Assembly (NCBI GenBank): GCA_018062285.1
Contig: JAGOSO010000007.1
Span: forward strand, 1 to 37,932
Direction: 5' to 3'
From: Minisyncoccota bacterium
Lineage (GTDB): Bacteria; Patescibacteriota; Minisyncoccia; 2-02-FULL-40-12; GWA2-44-9
DNA length: 37,932 nucleotides
Part shown: positions 18,564-26,930 of the stretch, piece by piece
How the letters are laid out: every line of letters starts with the position of its first letter
How positions within the stretch are numbered: position 1 is the stretch's first letter
Program-made: the position numbers and the translations under genes
Notes under the pieces: model-generated
What the model was told of the DNA's origin: nothing
Database searches by the model: none
The model's input: only the letters and a program-made list of their open reading frames with translations

Positions 18564-19109
18564 ATGGAAGGTCAGTTGGCAGCTATCACAAATCTCGCAG
18601 TAGTTACTCTGTTAATCGCAATCGGGGCGCTTCTCTTGTCTCTGAACAACAGGAGCAGGATCAAGCATCTTGCTACGACTCAGGTTCCTCACCCCCAGGA
18701 GTATCGGGATTATCGCCCGGAACCTCAGGCCCCTGTTTCTCAAACGCTTTCTCAGACTCAGATCAACGATGAGGCACGGCGGCTTATTCGGGAGGCCATC
18801 AGCAGTCTGTTCAGCGGTGTTGACCTGATGAAGTTCCTTCAGGACGGTACGCCGGAACAGCGAAAGGTCATCCTTGATCGGATTCGCGAGAAGCTTCTTG
18901 ATGAGGTCGGCAACACTGTTGATGATGTTTTCGACACTGACAACTCTGACTGGTGCGACGAGTACGAAGCCTTCAGGAAATCTGTCGCTGGCATGATCCC
19001 TGAGATCGTGAAAGAACTCTTCGATGATCCGGAAGGACCTGCCCGAAAGAAAGTTGTCGAGGTTGTCTCCGGGAAGATCACGGAGTATCTCGACGGCGAC
19101 ATGTCGTAG
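18564..19109 (+). CDS. G+C-rich single-pass membrane protein (181 aa), unknown function; downstream neighbour of the flotillin gene
   Basis: The track ORF starts at 18534 inside the -10. ATG 18564 is preceded by AGAGGTGA. TM 'LAAITNLAVVTLLIAIGALLL'. Acidic C-terminus. Confidence 0.5.
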   Translation: MEGQLAAITNLAVVTLLIAIGALLLSLNNRSRIKHLATTQVPHPQEYRDYRPEPQAPVSQTLSQTQINDEARRLIREAISSLFSGVDLMKFLQDGTPEQRKVILDRIREKLLDEVGNTVDDVFDTDNSDWCDEYEAFRKSVAGMIPEIVKELFDDPEGPARKKVVEVVSGKITEYLDGDMS

Positions 19110-19133
19110 TCATCGGTCCCCACCAACACTCGA

Positions 19134-19180
19134 CTGCCTATTGGAAAGAAACATTTCCAGTAGGCAGTTTTTATTTTTTA
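19134..19180 (+). terminator. Long imperfect hairpin (ctgcctattggaaag...atttccagtaggcag) + T-run
   Basis: Read from the sequence. Confidence 0.6.
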
Positions 19181-19318
19181 AACAATATGTTACGTTTTGT
19201 ATGCTAAAAAAGAGTTAAGATTCAATTCGGGACGACCGTCGCAGGCGGGTAGCCGAGGGCAGAGCGGAAAAGTCAGCAGACTTTTAACGCGGGTCGGCGT
19301 GAATTGAACCGAACGAAA

Positions 19319-20578
19319 ATGCCAAGCAAATACTACAAAAAATATATACGCATTCCGCCAGGAGAATCAATCGATCTAAGGCCAATCATGGCGATTATTG
19401 AGCATCCGAGGTTTGAAAGATTAAGGCATGTCTCTCAATTGGGCACGACGTTATTTATATTCCCAGGGGCATCACACAATAGATTTGAGCACGCGTTGGG
19501 TGTTTATAGTAAGGCTAAGCGCTTTTGTGCCAAGATGCTTGAGGAAGGATTCCTGACTAGTTTTGAAGCCAAGAACGTTCCGCTTTTTGGTTTGTTGCAC
19601 GATATTGGTCATGGTCCGTTTTCTCATTTAATTGAAGAGTTAACTCCATTTGACCACGATAAAAATGGGGCAAATATTCTGGAAGAATTAAAAGATGCCA
19701 TCGAAGAATCCGGTGGCGATTTAAAGTTTATTAAATCCTTGTTCGCTCACAAAAATCCACTCTGCAAGATTATCATGGATAAAAATTTGGGGATGGATAA
19801 ACTTGATTATCTTGATCGCGATGTTTATCATACCGGTTTTGGCCATCGTCCTGATTTGGAAAGCGTTTTCAATTACTTACTCTTTATGAAAAAGGGGATG
19901 GTGATTGATAAGAAATCACTTGAATCAGCCAAGCAGATTCAGCGTTTGTATTTGTATATGTATAAAGAAGTGCATTTACATAAATCCTCTTTGATTGCCC
20001 AAAGATTTTTGCAGAAGATGATCATGATTTGGCTCTCAAAGCACGATATTAATCCATTGGAGCTATGGGCGCTAAACGACCAGGAATTAATGGCTAAATT
20101 GTATACTGACCCAGATGAAAGACTAAAGTTTTTGTACACCGCCTATATTCAGAGGAACTTACCAAGTACCGGTTTAGTTTTTCGTATGGATACCAAACAA
20201 TCTAGTGAACGTTTGGCTGGCAAAAAAATTAAAGTCATAGGGGAGAGTCAAGAGTTTTTTGATAAAGTCATTAAACATTCTTCCCCTAAGGGTTTGGAGA
20301 TTTTAGAACAAAAGATAGCTGAATTGATTAAAGTCCCAACTCATATGGTGATTGTTGTGCCAACTATTTCTACGGGTAGATTTGTCCCGCAAGATATTGT
20401 GTATCACGACGAAGGCAAGATCCTGTCTCTAAAAGAAAACCAACCTGAATACTTTAACGGGATGAGTGAAGAGCTTAATGGTTACCTATCTCTAAGAGTT
20501 TCTATTATCGGAGATCGCGATCAGATTTATAAGAACGCTGTTAAAATTCACGAGCTTATCAATAAGCACATCTCCTAG
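19319..20578 (+). CDS. HD-domain phosphohydrolase (dGTPase/SAMHD1-like)
   Basis: 'NRFEHALGV' and 'LLHDIGHGPFSH' HD motifs. The track starts at TTG 19304. The first ATG is 19319. Confidence 0.7.
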   Translation: MPSKYYKKYIRIPPGESIDLRPIMAIIEHPRFERLRHVSQLGTTLFIFPGASHNRFEHALGVYSKAKRFCAKMLEEGFLTSFEAKNVPLFGLLHDIGHGPFSHLIEELTPFDHDKNGANILEELKDAIEESGGDLKFIKSLFAHKNPLCKIIMDKNLGMDKLDYLDRDVYHTGFGHRPDLESVFNYLLFMKKGMVIDKKSLESAKQIQRLYLYMYKEVHLHKSSLIAQRFLQKMIMIWLSKHDINPLELWALNDQELMAKLYTDPDERLKFLYTAYIQRNLPSTGLVFRMDTKQSSERLAGKKIKVIGESQEFFDKVIKHSSPKGLEILEQKIAELIKVPTHMVIVVPTISTGRFVPQDIVYHDEGKILSLKENQPEYFNGMSEELNGYLSLRVSIIGDRDQIYKNAVKIHELINKHIS

Positions 20579-21615
20579 TTTATGTCTGGTCCAATTTCGT
20601 AGCTTTTGAATTCGTAGTCACTAACGATAGATACTTGGTCGGCACTGTATTTTTGGATCAAGTTTGATGCAATTTTGAGTTTCTTTCCGTCGACTATTTT
20701 GTAAACATTTGTATTTCCTTTGTTTGTGATCAGGGTTGTTTCTGGTATAGCAGTAAGTTCTTTTGAAGACATTATTTTTATCTCTGACCACTTATTGCCA
20801 TAAGACAAGAATACGTCTTCGCTTGGGATTAGGTGGCGATACCCGTTATCGTTTATGTAGTAAATATTATTGTTGTCTTTTGCCCTTATGATTCTCGATT
20901 GGTTTTTTAAAGGAGGTGTTGGGGTATCAACTATAGAGGCAAAAGTTTTATCAGATACGGAGTTCTTTTGATTAATAAAGGCAAAAAGATGAAGTCCGGC
21001 ATTGTGGGCTTCTCTTGCTGATGGGGTGCCAATGAAACGGAAGTGCCATGGTTCAAAAATGTAGCCAGTATTTGTTTCTTGGCCCTTGGGGTAACTCATC
21101 ATGAACCCATATTCAAAAGAATGTTCAGCCAACCATTTGCCCTCAGCACTATCAGCAAACTTTTCTTTTAAGTTTACAGATTGTTCACCAGATCCAAAAT
21201 CTATTGTTGTGCCTAGTTGGTGCTCTGAGTGGCCAGCCTCGGCCGAGTAGCTATTTGCGTTTTTGTCTTTACTAAAATATCTGCTGAATAAGTTTTTTTG
21301 GGCTGTGTAACTTCGATAGGCCGAAACTATTTTTAGATCTAGACCTTGTTTTTTTGAGTCACTGAATAGTCTTTTTAGATCTTGGTAGGCAATAGCTCTT
21401 ATGTATTGGCCCTTGAATCCCAAATCAGAAAGCTCCACTAAATCAGAGGGTGCATAATGCTCAACAGTGTTCTGTTTGTTGATGAGGTTCAGGAGATCGT
21501 CTGCGTTTGTTATTAGTATTGCGAAGAGATTTCCGCCTCCAGTGTAGAAAGATGCGCCAATAAATATTCCGGCCAAAATTATGCCAGAAGAAACGAGTAG
21601 AGTTGATTTTTTCAT
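20575..21615 (-). CDS. Membrane-anchored D-alanyl-D-alanine carboxypeptidase, peptidase M15 (VanY-like)
   Basis: 'SAEAGHSEHQLGTTIDF' zinc-ligand motif and an N-terminal TM. Confidence 0.65.
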   Translation of the reverse strand: MKKSTLLVSSGIILAGIFIGASFYTGGGNLFAILITNADDLLNLINKQNTVEHYAPSDLVELSDLGFKGQYIRAIAYQDLKRLFSDSKKQGLDLKIVSAYRSYTAQKNLFSRYFSKDKNANSYSAEAGHSEHQLGTTIDFGSGEQSVNLKEKFADSAEGKWLAEHSFEYGFMMSYPKGQETNTGYIFEPWHFRFIGTPSAREAHNAGLHLFAFINQKNSVSDKTFASIVDTPTPPLKNQSRIIRAKDNNNIYYINDNGYRHLIPSEDVFLSYGNKWSEIKIMSSKELTAIPETTLITNKGNTNVYKIVDGKKLKIASNLIQKYSADQVSIVSDYEFKSYEIGPDIN

Positions 21616-21663
21616 TGCACGAACAAGAGTGTTCCTGTTGATGATGGCGTGACTGAATAGATG

Positions 21664-21736
21664 TGCGCTCGATAGGATTCGAACCTATGACCGTCTCCTT
21701 AAAAGGGAGCTGCTCTACCAACTGAGCTACGAGCGC
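21664..21736 (-). tRNA. tRNA-Lys (anticodon UUU)
   Basis: The reverse complement folds as a cloverleaf: acceptor gcgctcg/cgagcgc, D-arm gctc-agttggtag-gagc, anticodon loop cTTTTaa, T-arm atagg-ttcgaat-cctat. No encoded CCA. Confidence 0.8.
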
Positions 21737-21838
21737 ATGTTACGTCCAAAATCATAACATAAAAAATCTTACTCAGCAACAAGGAATACCCCATAATTAT
21801 CCGCTTGTTTGGTCGGATTTTTGTGTTATTATACGGAT

Positions 21839-23230
21839 ATGAAACGAACTTCTATTGCAGATATTAAAGATTTAGTTGGTGAGACAGTCGACTTGGCTGG
21901 TTGGATTCATATCCGTCGCGACCACGGCAAGCTTATATTTATTGATATCCGTGATCGTAGTGGTGTGGCCCAAGTTGTTTTCACACCAGGCAATAAAGAA
22001 ATTCATGAACTCGCTAGTCAGTTGCGCTCCGAATGGGTTGTTCGCATCAAGGGCAAGGTTAATGCCCGCCCCGAAAAAATGGTTAACCCAGAGATCCCAA
22101 CTGGTAAAGTTGAGATTGAGCCAGTTGAATTAGAAATTTTAAACAAGGCCGAAACCCCTCCATTCCCAATCGACACTGATGGCAAAGAGATCGGCGAAGA
22201 ACACCGCATGAAGTATCGCTATTTGGATTTGCGTCGTTCTCGCATGGCCAAGAACATGTCTGTTCGTCATCGCTTGATTAAGTTTATCCGTGATTACTTA
22301 GATGATAATGGATTCTACGAAATCGAGACTCCTATTTTGACCAAGTCTACTCCAGAGGGTGCTCGTGACTACGTTGTGCCATCTCGTTTATATAATGGTA
22401 AGTTTTTTGCTTTGCCTCAATCTCCTCAGCAATACAAACAATTATTGATGGTCGGTGGTATCGAAAAATATTTCCAGATTGCTCGTTGTTTCCGAGACGA
22501 AGACACTCGCGGTGATCGTCAGCCAGAATTTACTCAGCTCGATTTAGAAATGAGTTTTGTTGAACGTGAAGACGTAATGCAGATCAATGAAGACCTGCTT
22601 ATTAAGTTGGTCCAAAAACTAGCTCCAGAAAAAAAGATCCAAGAGATTCCTTTCCCAAGAATTTCATACAAGGATGCCATGGAAAAATATGGCAATGACC
22701 GCCCTGATTTAAGAACTGACAAAAACGATCCAAACCTTTTGGCTTTTTGCTGGGTCATTGATTTCCCATTCTTCGAAAAGACCGAAGATGGAGGTTGGAC
22801 TTTCACTCATAACCCATTCTCGGCCCCTAAACCAGAATTCATGGCCGACCTTTTGGCCGGACAAAACATTGAATCAATCTTAACTAGTCAGTACGACATT
22901 GCTTTGAATGGTTCAGAGATTGGTGGTGGTAGTATTCGTAACCATACAGCCGAGAGTTTGCGCTCAGTCTTTAAGATTATGGGCTTTGAAGATAAAAGAA
23001 TCGACGAAAACTTTGGCCACATGTTGCAGGCGTTCTCTTTTGGTGCCCCACCACACGGCGGTATCGCTTGGGGTTTGGATCGTTTAATCACCATCCTTAC
23101 GAACGAACCAAATATCCGCGAGGTAATTGCTTTCCCTAAGACTGGGGATGCTCGTGACTTAATGATGGAATCTCCATCCGAGCTTGAGCCAAAACAGTTA
23201 CGGGAACTTCATCTTAAAATAGAAAAATAA
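21839..23230 (+). CDS. aspS: Aspartate--tRNA ligase (short form lacking the GAD insertion)
   Basis: 'FRDEDTRGDRQPEFTQLDLEMSF' motif 2 and 'GGGSIRNH'/'GLDRL' motif 3 region. First ATG after the track start. Confidence 0.85.
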   Translation: MKRTSIADIKDLVGETVDLAGWIHIRRDHGKLIFIDIRDRSGVAQVVFTPGNKEIHELASQLRSEWVVRIKGKVNARPEKMVNPEIPTGKVEIEPVELEILNKAETPPFPIDTDGKEIGEEHRMKYRYLDLRRSRMAKNMSVRHRLIKFIRDYLDDNGFYEIETPILTKSTPEGARDYVVPSRLYNGKFFALPQSPQQYKQLLMVGGIEKYFQIARCFRDEDTRGDRQPEFTQLDLEMSFVEREDVMQINEDLLIKLVQKLAPEKKIQEIPFPRISYKDAMEKYGNDRPDLRTDKNDPNLLAFCWVIDFPFFEKTEDGGWTFTHNPFSAPKPEFMADLLAGQNIESILTSQYDIALNGSEIGGGSIRNHTAESLRSVFKIMGFEDKRIDENFGHMLQAFSFGAPPHGGIAWGLDRLITILTNEPNIREVIAFPKTGDARDLMMESPSELEPKQLRELHLKIEK

Positions 23231-24157
23231 ATGGACCGAAAAATAGAAGGACTGACAATTGTCGTCGCTATTTTGGTGTTGGCAAACGCCTATTTTTTTA
23301 TCACCATTTATCGTAACCCAGAAGACTCTCTGAAAATAATGGGCAAAAATGAACAAGCTTTTATTCTTCCGCCTAACCCAGTCAGCTATCTTCCCATAAG
23401 GGACACATCCGCTCAGGAGGTTAATTTAGACGCCAAGTCGGCAATTTTGTACGATGTTAAATCCGACCGTAATTTATTTGAAAAAAATATTAAAGATAAG
23501 TTACCGATTGCTTCTTTGACCAAGGTTTTAAACGCCGTTGTCGTTTGGGAGAAGTTTAGCCCTAATGATTTGGTTAGGGTTGGAGCCTCGGCTGTTAAGG
23601 TGGACGGAGAGAGAAAGGATCTTTTTGTTAATGAAACAATATCCGTTCATAATTTAATGCAGATGATGTTGATCGAGTCTTCTAATGATGCGGCCTATGC
23701 TTTGAGGGATTTTGCCGCTAGCCGTAGTATTGATTTGGTTGCTGAGATGAACAAGAAGGCATCAGAATTGGGAATGAACAGTACTCATTTTGTAGACCCA
23801 GCGGGGCTTGATGATACTGGGTATTCAACTGTCAGTGACTTGGTGAAAGGTGTGGTGTATGCTTTGCGTTACGATGCTATCTGGAGTTTCTCTAGACAAT
23901 CTAGCGCCACAATTGTTTCTGCTGACGGCAAAATAACTAGAGAAATTAAAAGTACCGACCAGCTTTTAGGTGTTTTGTCAGATATTGTCGGTGGAAAAAC
24001 TGGGTATACAGATAGTGCTCTTGGGTGTATGATTTTAATTGTAGACGCACCCAATCAAAGCGATAGTATTATCGCCATAGTGCTTGGTTCTCATGACAGG
24101 TTTGGAGATATGAAGAACCTTGTTTCGTGGGCCAAGACAGCTTATCGCTGGAACTAG
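23231..24157 (+). CDS. dacA: Serine-type D-Ala-D-Ala carboxypeptidase (peptidase S11, PBP5/6-like)
   Basis: SxxK 'ASLTKVL', SxN 'ESSND' and KTG 'GGKTGYT'. Confidence 0.75.
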   Translation: MDRKIEGLTIVVAILVLANAYFFITIYRNPEDSLKIMGKNEQAFILPPNPVSYLPIRDTSAQEVNLDAKSAILYDVKSDRNLFEKNIKDKLPIASLTKVLNAVVVWEKFSPNDLVRVGASAVKVDGERKDLFVNETISVHNLMQMMLIESSNDAAYALRDFAASRSIDLVAEMNKKASELGMNSTHFVDPAGLDDTGYSTVSDLVKGVVYALRYDAIWSFSRQSSATIVSADGKITREIKSTDQLLGVLSDIVGGKTGYTDSALGCMILIVDAPNQSDSIIAIVLGSHDRFGDMKNLVSWAKTAYRWN

Positions 24158-24181
24158 TATTATAATTAGAATTAAAAATAA

Positions 24182-25249
24182 ATGACTACACCTCCGCTAG
24201 AAGCACTAAATATATTTAATGTTGTTCGTTTGTTTGTCGTTGCTACAACGGCTTTCTTTTTAAACTTAATAATTACACATTTTTGGACTAAGGTTTTATT
24301 TACTCGTTTTAAACCTGGCAAAGCCATCGAAAGACCAGATACGCCAATTTTTAATAGTTTACATCGCAAGAAAGAAGGTACCCCAACTATGGGCGGTTTG
24401 CCAATTTGGTTAACTGTTGCAGTTATTACTCTGGGGTGCTGGTTTATGGCTAATACTTTCGACGGTATCTGGAGTCGTATTAGTTTTTTGTCCCGTGGTC
24501 AGACTCTGTTGCCTTTAGGGTTTTTAATTCTCGCTGGTCTAGTCGGTATGATTGATGACATGGTTGGTGTTTTAAAACGTGGAGGTTTGCGCATGATGAA
24601 ACGCTTGTTGTTTTTCTTAATCGTTGCTGCCATTGGCGCTTGGTGGTTTTATTTCAAATTGGATATTCGCACCATCGTCGTCCCATTCTTTGGTGAATAC
24701 TCAATCGGTTGGTTGTATATTCCGTACTTCATGTTCATCATGACCGCTGTGGCCCACTCTATGAATCTTACCGATGGTCTAGACGGTTTGTCTGGTGGGG
24801 TTTTCTTAACAATCTTTGGGGCTCTTACTGCTATCGCTTTTGATCAGGGCCGCTTGGATCTCGCCATTTTCATGAGTGCAATCATGGGCGCTTTAATTGC
24901 TTTTCTTTGGTTTAATATTTATCCCGCCAAGTTTTTCATGGGGGATACTGGGGTAATGGCTCTCGGGTTCACTGTTGGCGTTGTTGCTTTATTGACTAAC
25001 ACTGAATTGCTTTTGCCGATTATCGCTATCGTGCCGCTGATGGAATCTGGTTCCGTTATTCTTCAAACTATTTCTAAAAAATTCCGCGGCAAAAAGATAT
25101 TTCCTTCCACCCCAATTCACCACACCTTCGAAGCTATGGGTTGGCCCGAAACCCAAATCACCATGCGTTTCTGGGTCATCAACGCCATTGGCGCAATTGT
25201 TGGCCTCGTCTTGTTCTTGATCGACAGTAAGTTGCCTCCGTTCAAATAA
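24182..25249 (+). CDS. mraY: Phospho-N-acetylmuramoyl-pentapeptide transferase MraY
   Basis: 'HRKKEGTPTMGG' and the polytopic profile. Confidence 0.85.
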   Translation: MTTPPLEALNIFNVVRLFVVATTAFFLNLIITHFWTKVLFTRFKPGKAIERPDTPIFNSLHRKKEGTPTMGGLPIWLTVAVITLGCWFMANTFDGIWSRISFLSRGQTLLPLGFLILAGLVGMIDDMVGVLKRGGLRMMKRLLFFLIVAAIGAWWFYFKLDIRTIVVPFFGEYSIGWLYIPYFMFIMTAVAHSMNLTDGLDGLSGGVFLTIFGALTAIAFDQGRLDLAIFMSAIMGALIAFLWFNIYPAKFFMGDTGVMALGFTVGVVALLTNTELLLPIIAIVPLMESGSVILQTISKKFRGKKIFPSTPIHHTFEAMGWPETQITMRFWVINAIGAIVGLVLFLIDSKLPPFK

Positions 25250-25278
25250 TCTATATTTAGAGCATATGTTCTTGAAAA

Positions 25279-25294
25279 TAGGCCCATTAGGGCC
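25279..25294. promoter_or_regulatory. Perfect palindrome aggccc-atta-gggcct immediately upstream of the cassette promoter (mraY terminator and/or operator)
   Basis: Read from the sequence. Confidence 0.4.
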
Positions 25295-25295
25295 T

Positions 25296-25325
25296 ATTGA
25301 CTTTTGGGTATAAAATATGGTATAA
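25296..25325 (+). promoter_or_regulatory. Promoter TTGACT-N18-TGgTATAAT (extended -10)
   Basis: ttgacttttgggtataaaatatggtataat. Paralogous to the promoter at 26036. Confidence 0.55.
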
Positions 25326-25401
25326 TTAAGGTACTCTCGTGAGTATAACTTGCGAGTGTTCGTTCACAACATTCAAAGCCTATAAGGCGGAGGATAGACA
25401 T

Positions 25402-25953
25402 ATGAAATGGAATAAGTTCAAGGCGCTTCTTGATTCGAATTACTGGCTTCAGTTTCATATCGGCCCACCCGCGCTTCAGTCGTTGAGGCTCAACGTGCCG
25501 GCGAAGGAGGCTGAGCGTGGACTCAAGGATTACGTTCGGACACGGCTCGATTACATCGCGTTCCGTCCGTTCGAGCAGCTTGACCTTCAGGTTTGTGACA
25601 CGGACGAGAGTGTTGTCGTGCCAAATCCGAAGTACCGCAACATCAAGTTCACGGAAGGAACATCGACTCAGTACGTGATTCGTTTCCATATCGAGGGCGT
25701 GGAATATCCGTTCCATCGTGTTCGATACGTTTATGATCACGGCTCAATCGCTGCTGCCATCAAACATCTCGTGAAGTGGCACGGCGAAACTTCGTGGGGA
25801 GGTCCGAGAGGGCGCGCGTTGAAAATCGACGCCGTCGTTAAGGTTAGCTCTTACTACCACGAAGTTAGCCAGGTCGGGATGCAGCACATCGAGGCCTACG
25901 AGTTCCCCAAAGATTTCGATCTCAAGAAGTTCGAGGGAGAAGTCGCGGCCTAG
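25402..25953 (+). CDS. G+C-rich protein of unknown function (183 aa)
   Basis: The track starts at GTG 25339. ATG 25402 follows GGCGGAGGA. Ends at the terminator module. Confidence 0.5.
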   Translation: MKWNKFKALLDSNYWLQFHIGPPALQSLRLNVPAKEAERGLKDYVRTRLDYIAFRPFEQLDLQVCDTDESVVVPNPKYRNIKFTEGTSTQYVIRFHIEGVEYPFHRVRYVYDHGSIAAAIKHLVKWHGETSWGGPRGRALKIDAVVKVSSYYHEVSQVGMQHIEAYEFPKDFDLKKFEGEVAA

Positions 25954-25956
25954 CAC

Positions 25957-26012
25957 GCCCGTCACACGAAAGGTCCGCCATGCGCGACCCGTGTGGCGGG
26001 CCTTTTAAATTT
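25957..26012 (+). terminator. Terminator module gcccgtcacacg...cgtgtggcgggc + CTTTTAAATTT (copy 1 of a ~70-bp direct repeat)
   Basis: 25951-26020 is about 93% identical to 26624-26693. Confidence 0.65.
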
Positions 26013-26035
26013 AAAAATGTTCAAAAATATCCTAT

Positions 26036-26063
26036 TGACTTTTAAGTAAAAACATAGTATAAT
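26036..26063 (+). promoter_or_regulatory. Promoter TTGACT-N16-TATAAT (paralogue of 25296-25325; shared 'cctattgactttt')
   Basis: Read from the sequence. Confidence 0.5.
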
Positions 26064-26131
26064 TATAAAACAGAGATTAGATAGGTTTTTAAAAATTCAA
26101 CCGCGCCTAAGGGGCGCAGAAAGTAGGAAGT

Positions 26132-26626
26132 ATGGGATTCCCGGTTTGGAAGACTGTCGTTCTCGGTCTGGTTAAGTCCCAGAAGAACTATCGAATGGCC
26201 CTCCGAAAAGCTGGTTACGAAATTAGCGGTTGGGGCGAGAAGGTTCTCAAGAGGACCACGGTCTCTCCGGTGGAACTCGAATTGGATCTCGTCGCCGTGA
26301 CGGTCGAAGAGCTTGGTCTTGAGATTGGCGCGCATCGGGATGTCGCTTGCGCCAAAGCATTGGAGCTTGGTCTCCAGCTTTGCCCAGCGGAAGTTGGTCC
26401 CGCTCTGAGGCTCCTCTACAGGGATCAGCCGCGTGGCGAACTGCTCCGCATAGGTATGCGAGCGGTCGCTTATTCGGCCGGGCGTAAGCTAACGTTCGGT
26501 CTTAACCACAGTGACTTCCGTGGACAAGAACTAAACGGATTTGGTGGCCAAGCACTCGACGGCTATATTGTTGCCGCTCGAGTAGTCTCTCGTATCTGTT
26601 GGGTCTTTGTTCGTCCTCGTAAGTAG
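26132..26626 (+). CDS. G+C-rich protein of unknown function (164 aa)
   Basis: ATG 26132. Leader hairpin gcgcc-taag-gggcgc. Terminator module copy 2 follows. Confidence 0.45.
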   Translation: MGFPVWKTVVLGLVKSQKNYRMALRKAGYEISGWGEKVLKRTTVSPVELELDLVAVTVEELGLEIGAHRDVACAKALELGLQLCPAEVGPALRLLYRDQPRGELLRIGMRAVAYSAGRKLTFGLNHSDFRGQELNGFGGQALDGYIVAARVVSRICWVFVRPRK

Positions 26627-26629
26627 CAC

Positions 26630-26690
26630 GCCCGTCACACGAAAGGCCGCCACGCGCGACCCGTGTGGCGGGCCTTTTAAATTTAAAAAA
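26630..26690 (+). terminator. Terminator module copy 2
   Basis: See 25957-26012. Confidence 0.65.
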
Positions 26691-26699
26691 TAATTCTTC

Positions 26700-26900
26700 A
26701 TTTAATAAAAACAAAAATAGCGAAGCGCTCACTATTTTCGAGCGTTTCTCGACGCCGTATTCTCGTCCGAAAATTTATGGAATTCTTCCGGTAACAAAAA
26801 GGAAACCGAACAGCAGTTCGGCAAGGTGGCCTTTTTGTTCGGAAGTAATGAATAAATTGAAGTTACGAGACAGGCAGAGAGAACAGCGAGAGAAATAGTG
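26700..26900. repeat. Right copy of the ~200-bp inverted repeat (partner 15517-15720)
   Basis: See the left copy. Confidence 0.75.
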
Positions 26901-26930
26901 AGGGCGCAGCGAACCTGCTATAATAAGGAT

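Noticed and set aside
15517-26900. Calling the inverted-repeat-bracketed 11-kb block a transposon or genomic island
   Set aside because: There is no transposase, integrase or recombinase anywhere in the window. The block contains essential low-GC housekeeping genes (aspS, mraY, tRNA-Lys). Only the inverted repeat itself is reported.
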